The notes: generated from the letters alone by a model not told the origin. A stretch of DNA of 64,000 nucleotides from Macrostomum lignano (GCA_002269645.1 NIVC01000607.1:11694-75693); one strand, 5' to 3'; shown: positions 51,726 through 62,979, counted from the first letter of the stretch. A program made the numbers and translations.

Positions 51726-52478
51726 TCAGTTGAATGGCGACACGCACTCGCACAGCCCCGATGTTATCTCGGCATTGGCCTCATAGATATCAACCAGCAT
51801 TTTCGCCCCTAGATAGCGGGCCACAACATTCTCCTTGTCACCTGAATCAGTGGGCTCTCCTTCCGCCCACAGGCTGCCGTTTAGGGTGATGTTGCAGCCG
51901 ACCCAGTGCCAGCCTCCGTCGGGCTCAGCGCTCCCAGCAGGCTGCAAACCTCCGAGATAGAAGCCCTTTCCTGAGCTGCGCAAATCGTAAATCTCGTCCA
52001 CGTGGCTCATCTCGGTGGCGTCTTCCACGTCGGCCATGATCACCAGACCGCTCTCCGACTCGCACTTCTGTCTGCTCACCGACCAGTTTCCGGTGTTGTT
52101 GTACAGCTTGTACTTCACTCCGCACAGGTCGTCTCCGTAGCCAGACGGACACAGCGCGCCCGCCTCGAGTCCTGGCTGCTGCTTCACAAACACCCGGCCT
52201 CTCCTGGAGCAGCCGAAGTCCCTCACCGACTTGCTGCACTTGTCGAACACGAACAGCTGGCACGGACCGTCAGCCAGGCTGAACGCCTGACAGCGCGGGT
52301 TTCGGTTGCACAGAGTGGCGCACCCGATCTCAGAGTGCGAGCCACCTGGAGTCTCAATGAAGTCGCTCCTGATGCACAGGTAGCCGGTGATCAAGTTGTA
52401 GGCGTCCTGCATCGCAGCTGGAGCTTGCAGAGCCAGCAGGACCAGGGCGACTCTCGCTTGGAGTCCGAGCGTCTTCAT
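51726..52478 (-). CDS. Secreted PAN/apple + C-type lectin domain protein, 250 aa, single coding exon
   Basis: ATG at 52478 follows an acceptor-like tctctggtgcccag. Signal peptide MKTLGLQARVALVLLALQAPAA; PAN-like CATLCNRNPRCQAFSLADGPCQL; CTLD with WSVSRQKC, FYLGGLQ, GWHW, WAEGEPTD and a terminal CEC. Confidence 0.85.
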   Translation of the reverse strand: MKTLGLQARVALVLLALQAPAAMQDAYNLITGYLCIRSDFIETPGGSHSEIGCATLCNRNPRCQAFSLADGPCQLFVFDKCSKSVRDFGCSRRGRVFVKQQPGLEAGALCPSGYGDDLCGVKYKLYNNTGNWSVSRQKCESESGLVIMADVEDATEMSHVDEIYDLRSSGKGFYLGGLQPAGSAEPDGGWHWVGCNITLNGSLWAEGEPTDSGDKENVVARYLGAKMLVDIYEANAEITSGLCECVSPFN

Positions 52479-53271
52479 TGCTAGCTGGGCACCAGAGAGA
52501 TTCAGATGAGCTGAGCTGAGTTGCACTGACGTGTTCGAGAGATAGCGGACTGGGGTAAAATTGAGGCCAGTGCTGCATCAGGGATGCTTTTATGCTGCTT
52601 GGCCCGCTGGCTGCGTGAGCTGTCATTGGTTGGGACACAGCATACTGGAGCAGGGTTTGGTTTTATTGTATTTAAATTTGAGGAGGCGACATCCGAATGG
52701 TGAGCTTCTATCTCTGTGTAGAAAGCGAGATGGGGGCTCGTGATTGGCCAGGGCCGTCCTGAGCCCTCACTCTTCCTCAGTTAAGCCTTAACCGTTGAGC
52801 TAGGATCTCTTCAATGGACCCCATCACGGCCACTGTTCAACAAAGCTATTAAACAATAGCTCATATTTAAAAGTGCGTGGTACGCTCGTACTTACCTCCT
52901 ACAATCGAAGCTTGTTGAAAGTTCCCACTTTTAAACCTGGTAATGGTCAACTTTTCTCAGATCTCAGCCAGAAATGACGCAATTCACACCACGTCTTGAG
53001 GTTGTCATCTGAGCCGTGGGTGATGCAAATTGCGTCAAATGGCCCTAGCTAGCTTAGCTGAGGCCGTGGCTAGATAAAGTATAATTGAATCAGTGACGGA
53101 TAAGTGAAAGTGCAAAGAAAAATCCATGGAAACTTTCCTTAAGAGTCTTTGAAACAAACACCTGGTGCCCAGCTGGATGATACAACAAATTCAAAAAGGA
53201 GCTTGCTGAACTGTGCACAGCCACAGAGCTATCGTGGAAGGTCTGAATGCTGTTTTGAATATATACAAGAG

Positions 53272-53975
53272 CGAGACACCTGGTCACTGCACAAGTGCAA
53301 GACACCTGGTCACTGCACCAAAGCAAGACACCTGGTCACTGCACCAAAGCAAGACACCTGGTCACTGCACCAAAGCAAGACACCTGGTCACTGCACCAAA
53401 GCAAGACACCTGGTCACTGCACCAAAGCAAGACACCTGGTCACTGCACCAAAGCAAGACACCTGGTCACTGCACCAAAGCAAGACACCTGGTCACTGCAC
53501 CAAAGCAAGACACCTGGTCACTGCACCAAAGCAAGACACCTGGTCACTGCACCAAAGCAAGACACCTGGTCACTGCACCAAAGCAAGACACCTGGTCACT
53601 GCACCAAAGCAAGACACCTGGTCACTGCACCAAAGCAAGACACCTGGTCACTGCACCAAAGCAAGACACCTGGTCACTGCACCAAAGCAAGACACCTGGT
53701 CACTGCACCAAAGCAAGACACCTGGTCACTGCACCAAAGCAAGACACCTGGTCACTGCACCAAAGCAAGACACCTGGTCACTGCACCAGTGCAAGACACC
53801 TGGTCACTGCACCAGTGCAAGACACCTGATCACTGCACCAAAGCAAGACACCTGGTCACTGCACCAAAGCAAGACACCTGGTCACTGCACCAAAGCAAGA
53901 CACCTGGTCACTGCAACAAAGCAAAACCTGTTCAATGCACCAAAGCAAGACACCTGGTCACTGCACCAAAGCAAA
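53272..53975. repeat. 26-bp minisatellite
   Basis: CAAGACACCTGGTCACTGCACCAAAG units, ~27 copies. Confidence 0.95.
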
Positions 53976-54809
53976 ACGCGTAAGCAACAATCTGAAAATC
54001 ACTGCAAGTTTCCACCACAATGTCAAAGTTTTTCTTATTCGAGAGCTGCAACTTGGATAAATTTTTATTCGGATTTTCTGACGGTTTTCTATAGCTCACG
54101 TATATCTTAGTTTGTTTAACTGGATTGTTTCCAAGAAATTCTATACATATTTGAACATGCGATTTGTAAGCTTTTCTCTGCAGCCTTGAACGCAGAATCA
54201 GCCTGCATACAACATTGTTTTTATCCAGCCCCACGCATAGTCAGTAGATAACAATATATATGTTTGTAAATTAATAGTCGTTAATAGTTCAATAATAGTA
54301 ATAGTAATAGTTTATAGTAAGTTTATATTTAATAGACTAGCAAGAAAACGGGTTAACCAATTGTTACGGGCTAATGTCTGGGTTTGTCTACTGATAAGTA
54401 GAAAGTATGGAGTATGGCGTGAAAATCTTGGTTAGCGGGCAAGAAATTCCGTCATGCGACAGGGCAGAACGTAAGTAAAGGTTCTGTTGGGAGCACGAGA
54501 CTTTCTCGCAGGAAGGATTCCCACAGGAGAGATTCCCTTAGGAGGGATTCCAGCAGGAGGGTTTCCCGCAAGAGGAATTCCCATAGGAGGGATTCCCGCA
54601 GGAGGGTTTCCCACAGAAACATCTTTTGTTTCCTTGCTACGCTCGACTTTCGCATCGATGCTTTGCATTTATCAGAATAAATATCTTAGTAAATGTAACT
54701 ATTGCAAATACAAGCAAAATTGCAAATGAGTAGATCAATAATAATATTAAAATCAATGGTCATGCAGTCACCACTAGGCTGATGCCGTAAAATCGCTTAA
54801 CTCTTGCTG

Positions 54810-57800
54810 CTAAGCGCTCGTCTGCTCCGCTCTCCTATCAAACTGCTGCATCTGTCTCACCCGCAGCCGGTGATGAAGCGCCACTAGGAGGCTGGACAGC
54901 AGTTCAATGAGCTCGCACACGGTCAGAACTGAGACTCCGGACCATAGACCCAAGGCTCCTGCGGTTGTATTGTTATATTAGAAACATGTTAGGCCACTCA
55001 TTTTAAGTTTCTTGTCAAATACACTTCAGTCTACTTTCTATTGGGCATATATAATGCACACGGATTTTTAATTCTATTGAATGCGTGAAAAATGAAGCTG
55101 TTATGCCAGGTTTATCGCTTGTCGCTCCGCCTAATGGCTCTTCAGTGGCTGGCGCGATATACAACGAGTGCAGAGACTGCGGGTGAAGCTTCATTCCGCA
55201 CCACTTTGAAATGACATTAAAACTCTGGTGTCTTTCTTTAGTAAAGGCAGAAGGGTTGCTGTGTGCACCCTGGCGCACTTTAAGCGACATTGTCACGCAA
55301 CCGGCGAGAGGCATTACTGCCCATTCCGCCGACTCCCTGAGCAGGCACACAAGCGCGCGGATACGTACGCAGTCATACGCACAGGCACACACTCACAGGA
55401 GTGTACAGCGGCCCTAACTTTATTTATCGTTAGGCCCTCAAGGGGTTGGCCCTCAAGGCCGTTAATTGCACGAGCAGAGCCAGCCGAGATTCCAATTCAG
55501 CCTCATATTAATGTCAAGGACTACTCAAGTAGAGGGACTGAAAACTACGATTCTTAGAAAAAGTTACGGAGGCGGCTGGTTTTCGCCGAAAAATGCACTA
55601 CGGAGATAGGAAGTTTTCACTTTTTTCATATCAAAATTGTTATTGCTTTCAATAGGAGGCAGACCCAGTGTTCATCTTTTGATATGTTCTGTTTTTCATA
55701 TTGCTCTATCGATATTCATAAAGCTTTTTGTTTAGAAAATTAGCATTCTATGTTAATTTTTCATTCTACATGGCACAGCTCGGCTCTTTGGTTTTATGAA
55801 TCTATTTTATCGATCTCTGTTACACATATTGTTACACAGTCAGCTGAGAATGATAAAATACATTCATAAAACAATGAGCCGGGCCCGGGCCGCTGGTACA
55901 TCAGAGGGCCCCCTGCCCTCGTATTCAGCCAGAGCTGCATTTTGCAAAAGTCTCCGTTGATCCTTGACCGACTCACCGCCCAAGTCAGCCATGAGGTTGG
56001 TGGCTGTATAAGCCGGCTCCTCCGTGATCTCATCTCCGAACTCATCGGAGGCTGACACTGTCAGTTTCAACAGCCGATTCTCCAGCTTCTCCAACAGATC
56101 CGTCAGGTGAGTCACCTGGTCATCTGTTCGCTCTACATCGCTAAGATGAGAGAACCGCTTGGCCCTCAGGTAGACATAGTAGATGCTGGCGATGCCCCTG
56201 GACATCATGTAGTTGTTGGGGAAGGCCCAGTCCTGCAGGTGGCTCACCAGAAACTCCATCGCAGTCTCCGGCCGCAGCTTCGGCCAGGGCGAGGTGGCCA
56301 GCCGGATTTTGTAGCCGCGAACTTCGCACGGAGGCGGGCAGAATCTCCGGGCCTCGAGCTCGTAAGAGTACAGCTGGCGCAGCTGCCTGGAGTGGCACTG
56401 CTCCGTCTGATGCACCTGCTGCGGCTCCGAGGTGTTGAAGCAGCCGGGGTGGCCCGCCAGGTCCGCGGGGATCGGCAGGAAGGAGGGCAGGCAGCCACAG
56501 TTGGCGAAGAAGCGGCGCACTTTGAAGGCGTTGAGGCAGTCCTCCTGCCGGGCTGCCGGGAACTGCAGCGACTGGGAGACCGGGCCTCTGCGGGGGGACA
56601 TGGGGAGTGCTGGGATCTGTGCTGGGATCTGTGCTGGGATCTGTGCTGGGATCTGTGCTGGGATCTGTGCTGGGATCTGTGCTGGGATCTGTGCTGGGAT
56701 CTGTGCTGGGATCTGTGCTGGGATCTGTGCTGGGATCTGTGCTGGTATCTGTGCTGGTATCTGTGCTGGGATCTGTGCTGGGATCTGTGCTGGTATCTGT
56801 GCTGGGATCTGTGCTGGGATCTGTGCTGGGATCTGTGCTGGGATCTGTGCTGGGATCTGTGCTGGGATCTGTGCTGGGATCTGTGCTGGGATCTGTGCTG
56901 GTATCTGTGCTGGTATCTGTGCTGGGATCTGTGCTGGGATCTGTGCTGGTATCTGTGCTGGGATCTGTGCTGGGATCTGTGCTGGGATCTGTGCTGGGAT
57001 CTGTGCTGGGATCTGTACTGGGATCTGTGCTGGGATCTGTGCTGGGATCTGTGCTGGGATCTGTGCTGGGATCTGTGCTGGGATCTGTACTGGGATCTGT
57101 GCTGGGATCTGTGCTGGGATCTGTGCTGGGATCTGTGCTGGGATCTGTACTGGGATCTGTGCTGGGATCTGTGCTGGGATCTGTGCTGGGATCTGTGCTG
57201 GGATCTGGGGCACAGGGATCTGGGGCACAGGGATCTGGGACACAGGGATCTGGGGCACAGGGATCTGGGGCACAGGGATCTGGGGCACAGGGATCTGGGG
57301 CACAGGGATCTGGGGCACAGGGATCTGGGGCACAGGGATCTGGGGCACAGGGATCTGGGGCACAGGGATCTGGGGCACAGGGATCTGGGGCACAGGGATC
57401 TAGGACCTGCACTCCCAGCAACCAGCGAGTGACCACCCAAATCCGGACTGCACCTTGAGCTGCTCAACTTCTCCAGGACTCGTTTCAGTTCCGCAATCTT
57501 GGCTGTCCAATTGGTCGCTGAGAACATTCGGCTGAGGTCGAGGCTCTCGCTGCAGTGTATGAGGTTGCATTTATTGGTACCTTTAACTCGAATTAGCAAT
57601 TGATGACTTGGTAACTTAGTAGCTGAGCTACCCACATTCATCGCTGCACCACTCTCATCTTTGTCACTCTCATCCTTGTCACTCTCATCTTTGTCACTCT
57701 CATCTTTGTCACTCTCATCTTTGTCACTCTCATCTTTGTCACTCTCATCCTTGTCACTCTCATCTTTGTCGCTCTCATCTTTGTCGCTCTCATCTTTGTC

Positions 57801-60800
57801 ACTTGTCACTCTCATCTTTGTCACTCTCATCCTTGTCACTCTCATCTTTGTCGCTCTCATCTTTGTCGCTCTCATCTTTGTCACTTGTCACTCTCATCTT
57901 TGTCACTCTCATCTTTGTCGCCCTCATCTTTGTCACTTGTCACTCTCATCTTTGTCACTCTCATCTTTGTCACTCTCGTCTTTGTCACTCTCTCATCTTT
58001 GTCACTCTCTCATCTTTGTCACTCTCATCTTTGTCACTCTCATCCTTGTCACTCTCATCCTTGTCACTCTCATCCATGTTACTCTCATCTTTGTCACTCG
58101 CCCTGTCACTCGCCCTGTCACTCTTTTCTTGCTTATTCAATGTATCACTCCGGATCGTCACTCTCATACTGACAGTCCATCAAAAATCAGCCTCACTTAA
58201 GCTGCACCCAGGTGTTATTCCAATTCGGCAACAAATAGGTGATCGGCCTCGTTTCGCTGACGCACTCTCGATGTGGCGGTTTTGAGTAGCGAGTAGTCTT
58301 GCTGTAGCGGAGCCGCAGGTCCGTGTGCTGGCCGGGGCTGAGGTTAATGATGTCCGATGGCCAGGGGTACTCAGAACGGGGCACCACCAGCACCTTCGTG
58401 GGTGGTTGTTTTTTTGAGGGCTGGCTTATATGAAGTAATTAGTGGAGCTATTTAGACGCAACTTTATAACAAGATTTACGAATTCATTTTACTAGTCACT
58501 CCATCGTCACTCTACTAGTCACTCCACCATCACTCTACTAGTCACTCCACCATCACTCTACTAGTCACTCCACCATCACTCTACTAGTCACTCCACCATC
58601 ACTCTACTAGTCACTCCACCATCACTCTACTAGTCACTCCACCATCACTCTACTAGTCACTCCACCATCACTCTACTAGTCACTCCACCATCACTCTACT
58701 AGTCACTCCACCATCACACATGCACACAGCCCCATGCCTCTAAAAATAAAAGGTCACTCCATCGTCACTATGCTAGTCACTCCAGCGTCAAAATTTACTA
58801 TTCACTTCACGGTCACTCTCCTATAAGTCACTCGCGCATTCTTACGCGCATGGCGCTGCTGTCGCTGTCAAAGTCGCCTGAGCCCGGTCGCAGGATGCGC
58901 GCCAGCTTGCTGGCGTTGTCGAAGCGCCTGCCGACGGAGTCGGTGGCGTCGGTGAAGAAGCCGACACTCAGGCGGGCCTCGGCAGGTCGCAGCAGCCGCC
59001 ACGGATCCTCGGAGGCCACCGGGCGGAAGCGGTGGCACAGGCCGAGCCGCGGGTGCAGCAGCGTCTGGAAGTCGGCGGCAGAGCAGCGGCGGCCGGCGAA
59101 TCGGCAGCCCGAGAGGCCGGCGGCCACGTCGCTGCCGAACTGCCGCCACAGAAGGCCGCGGCCGGCGCCGGCCGATACGGACTCGGACACCGCGGTCACG
59201 GCGCGGTCTGCGGTACGGCGGAGGCTTTGGGGTGTCAGTGGATGCATTGGGGTGTCAGTGGATGCATTGGGGTGTCAGTGAATGCATTAGGGTGTCAGTG
59301 GATGCATTGGGTGTCAGTGGATGCATTGGAGTGTCAGTGAATGCATTGGGGTGTCAGTGGATGCATTGGAGTGTCAGTGAATGCATTGGGGTGTCAGTGG
59401 ATGCATTGGGGTGTCAGTGGATGTATTCGGGTGTCAGCGAAGGCGTGAAGATGTCTGTAGATGATTTATGAGCAAAGCGACTACATTAAGCCTCTCTGGC
59501 AAGCTCCTGGATGCAAAATTAACGTTGAATAGCAGTCTGTTGCCAGGGACTCACAGCATGGCTTGACGCTGCAAATTCTGAATTGAGCATATCCCCGCCG
59601 ATTGGACTTCGAGAAGCAGGAAGGCACGGCTGAGGCTGATAGAAGACTGCGGCGGCTGTTTTTAAGCAAATACGTCAATTTTAACTACTAGTAGTAGAAA
59701 TAGTAACATTTTTGTTAATTTTTTTTCCAAAAGATTTTCCTTACAAATAAGTTCCATTCTTCCATAGATAATCCACCATGACTTTGGCTTGACGGCAATG
59801 GTTGTGGTTCACCTTCAGCTCGAGATCCGGGGTTTCAACGTGAACTCGAATGACGTCTGCGAAATTCACGTTTGTAAAGTTTGTTTAGTTTCAAGCATGT
59901 CGAAAAGATTTCTAGTAGACAAATTGATCAGGTCAAATTCAAGGATATCATTCAATCTAACTGGGATTTTCGGCCTTCAAAGTCGGCTCCAGCTGGTCCC
60001 AAGCGATGCAGTCGCGTCCCAAGTTGTCGGCGCTCTGACTTCCGGTGTACCGACCGGAGTGGCTCCTGTCTGGCTGGCTGCCGCGACTTGACGAAGGAAC
60101 GCAGTCATAGTTAGGTGACATTGCTGCGGATTTAGTTGCCAGGGTAGCGAAAGAAGTTTTTCAAGGTGAATCACCAAGCTTAAAATGGAATCGAGGCAAT
60201 TGCAGCGGCCCTGACTTTCTCTCATAGGTGAGAATGCACGAGCCAAAATGTGCCCTAGTGGTATCATGTGCCAACAGCCTACGCTCGATTCGGAATACTG
60301 GCTTATAACTACCGAAGTTATATTATTAGACGACTTTTTCTATCAACACTTACAAACTCATTTCACCAGTCACTCCACCGTCACTCTACTAGTCACTCAA
60401 CCGTCACTCTACTAGTCACTCCCAGTCACTTTGCTAGTCACTCCACAGTCTCTCTACTAGTTCACTCTACTAGTCACTCAACCGTCACTCTACTGGTCAC
60501 CTCCAGTCACTTTGCTAGTCACTCCACAGTCACTCTACTAGTCACTCCACCGTCACTCTACTAGTCTCTCGAGCGTCATTTTACGGTAGCCGCAGCCCAG
60601 TGGTCTGGCGCGGCGCTCTGGTGTGCCAGCGGCCCAGGCTCGATTCCCAGTGCAGTCACATTAATTTGGGGCTAAATTGGAATATCGGCTTGGCTCTGCT
60701 CGTGCAATTAACGGCCTTGAGGGCCAACCCCCAAGACGCAGTGAAGTGTACATGCCTAACGATAAATAAAGTTAGGACCGCTGTACACTTCTGCGTGAGT

Positions 60801-62933
60801 GTGTGCCTGTGCGTATGACTGCGTACGTATCCGCGCGCTTGTGTGCCTGCTCAGGGGAAGTCGGCGGAATGGGCAGTAATGCCTCTCGCCGGTTGTGTGA
60901 CAATGTCGCTCAAAGTGCGCCAGGGTGCACACAACCCCTGGAGGAACGAAATTAAGACAATAATGTGCTTATCGTGCTACTCACGACAGTAAGGCACGTT
61001 GCAGTAAGCCGCTGAAAGCTGACCAAGTTCATCATGGTAGAAGCAGTACGGCCCGTCGTTGAAACTGGAAATCGAACTCCGGAACGCCAAGATTAGCGGC
61101 TTTGGTGCTGAAATCAGTGTTAATAACGATTGAGCAGCTCACCTGAATGTCTAACCCTAACATGAAAATGAAAATGAAAATGAAAAAAGAAACTTTCACT
61201 CCACAACTATATAAAATAGAACAGAGTCACATGCGGTAACCTTCACTGCCCCAGATCAAATGCAATCATTTATTTTCTGTGAAAAAAAGATTTTCTCTTA
61301 TCTCCGCAGTGTATTTTTTCCCGGAAATCGGCCGCTTAAAAATTAAACGATTTTTTAGTTCTACCAGGTACGTCCTGTGATACTACAGTGGTCGTTGATC
61401 CTGTGATACTACAGTGGTCCTTGAACCTGTGATACTACAGAGGTCCTTTTGATCCTGTGATACTACAGTGGTCCTTGAACCTGTGATACTACAGTTGTGC
61501 TTTTGATCCTGTGATACTACAGTGGTCCTTGAACCTGTGATACTACAGTGGTCCTTGAACCTGTGATACTACAGTGGTCCTTGATCCTGTGATACTACAG
61601 TGGTTCTTGAACCTGTGATACTACAGTGGTCCTTGAACCTGTGATACTACAGTGGTCCTTTTGATCCTGTGATACTACAGTGGTCCTTTTGATCCTGTGA
61701 TACTACAGTGGTCCTTGAACCTGTGATACTACAGTGGTCCTTGATCCTGTGATACTACAGTGGTTCTTGAACCTGTGATACTACAGTGGTCCTTGAACCT
61801 GTGATACTACAGTGGTCCTTTTGATCCTGTGATACTACAGTGGTCCTTCAACCTGTGATACTACAGTGGTCCTTGAAACTACAATGGTCCTTGAATCACG
61901 TGCGTGGTGTGAACCGCGTCACTTGGGGCTAAGATTTACCTTGGAACATAAGCAAGAGTTTCATTTTATCCATGTGGCCTGGTGGTGAATTGCTTGAATT
62001 GCAAAGCACTCACCTTCATGCCTCATTTGATAGACGCTTAAGTAGCCTCCAACTCCGCCGCACTTTTGCTTATAACCGAAAGGACAAGTTGAGTCGCAAT
62101 GCTCGTCTCCTTGAGGACGGTTCCACAGAAATTTCCTGGTGCAATGGCAACCCCTCGGGCTCAGTCCGATGTAGCTGAAGTTGCTATTGAAGCAGCACTG
62201 GGCGCAGTTGCTGGTCGACCAGCGCATGGCGTAATCAATTCTGTCCGCATTGGTGTCTCACCTGGCTTATAGATTCGTTCGTACATTGAGCCGCATATGG
62301 AGAATGCGGAGCCCACCGTGTCATTGTGGAAACAGCCCCTGTACCTGTGGAATGGATCTGGAAAGATTTGTATAGATTTTACTTTTCTACTCATTATGGT
62401 CACTAGAGAGTCACCACCAGTCACCACACTGAAGGCTCTCACAAGCTGCCACCAGTCACCACACTGAAGGCTCTCACAAGCTGCCACCAGTCACCACACT
62501 GAAGGCTCTCACAAGCTGCCACCACACTGAAGGCTCTCACAAGCTGCCACCACACTGAAGGCTCTCACTCGCTGCCACCACACTGAAGGCTCTCACTCGC
62601 TGCCACCACACTGAAGGCTCTCACAAGCTGCCACCTTCCGCAGGTCAGTCAGCGGCAGTCCTCGCGGCTGTCGGCACCTTCTGTCGTTCTCCGAGAAATT
62701 CATCGCTAGGATGCGGTCAGTGATGGAGCGCCCAGCCTCCCCCAGCGCCCTGGCAGCGCGGTTCCAGCTGATGCACTGCCGGTGCGTGACGTAGGGCCGG
62801 AAGCGGCTCAGGTTCAGGGGCTGCGTGGGTTCCAGAGGCTCAAATAGGATGCCATCTGAGTACACAGGGACTGCGGACTGGTTGCCTGAGTACTCCTCCC
62901 CTGAGTGAGTCGTGCGGCAGAGGCTCGGGTCCG
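54810..62933 (-). CDS. DEG/ENaC channel 2 with kringle, WSC and kringle modules spliced into the ectodomain; 5' end (TM1) expected beyond the right edge
   Basis: Module exons: 62933-62625 (kringle 1, N-half), 62357-62014 (WSC, one internal frameshift), 61107-60985 (kringle 1, C-half), 60123-59962, 59856-59745 and 59655-59555 (kringle 2). Channel exons: 59207-58846 (GCRFAGRRCSAADF...GLCHRF), 58393-58197 (VLVVPRSEYPWP...LSPG), optional 57549-57454, 56587-55977 (NCGC, CPPPC, EEPAYTATNLMADLG) and 54958-54810 (GALGLWSGVSVLTVCEL...*). All junction phases match with GT/AG sites. The channel identity is high confidence; the fusion is inferred from splice phase. Confidence 0.8.
55253..55515 (-). mobile_element. 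SINE family 2, 5'-truncated copy
   Basis: Body matches 17899-18160 and the reverse complement of 60660-60937; the tRNA head is absent. Confidence 0.8.
56608..57400. repeat. 12-bp then 15-bp minisatellites in a channel-2 intron
   Basis: GCTGGGATCTGT units, then GGGATCTGGGGCACA units. Confidence 0.95.
57650..58125. repeat. 15-bp minisatellite
   Basis: TTTGTCACTCTCATC units. Confidence 0.92.
58490..58810. repeat. 23-bp minisatellite
   Basis: ACTCTACTAGTCACTCCACCATC units; a related array lies at 60350-60575. Confidence 0.88.
59225..59440. repeat. 20-bp minisatellite
   Basis: GGGTGTCAGTGGATGCATTG units. Confidence 0.88.
60350..60575. repeat. Degenerate ~23-bp minisatellite related to 58490-58810
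   Basis: GTCACTCTACTAGTCACTC units. Confidence 0.8.
60586..60937 (+). mobile_element. SINE family 2, full-length copy
   Basis: GTAGCCGCAGCCCAGTGGTCTGGCGCGGCGCTCTGGTGTGCCAGCGGCCCAGGCTCGATTCCC head (A/B boxes) plus the shared body. Confidence 0.8.
61375..61890. repeat. ~26-28-bp minisatellite
   Basis: CCTGTGATACTACAGTGGTCCTTGAA units. Confidence 0.9.
62400..62635. repeat. 28/35-bp minisatellite overlapping the kringle-1 exon donor
   Basis: CACCAGTCACCACACTGAAGGCTCTCACAAGCTGC units. Confidence 0.88.
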
Positions 62934-62979
62934 CTGAAACGGTTTGGGGTCAGCTGGGGTCAGCAGGTGATGAGTCCCT

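Noticed and set aside
52885-52900. TACTTACCT resembling the 5' end of U1 snRNA
   Set aside because: The downstream sequence does not match U1. It is better read as a minus-strand splice donor, possibly of a 5' UTR exon of the lectin gene.
59208-59247. Channel-2 exon starting at the ORF-track Met (59247) or at the aaag acceptor (59224)
   Set aside because: The Met lies in the 20-bp minisatellite. The cgcag acceptor at 59208 is stronger and matches the phase of the GTGAGT donor of the upstream kringle exon.
60586-60660. tRNA gene (also 18160-18233 and 9470-9538)
   Set aside because: A/B boxes are present, but I could not identify a complete cloverleaf or a poly-T terminator. For the 60586 and 18160 copies, the head continues into a shared dispersed body, so these are SINE heads.
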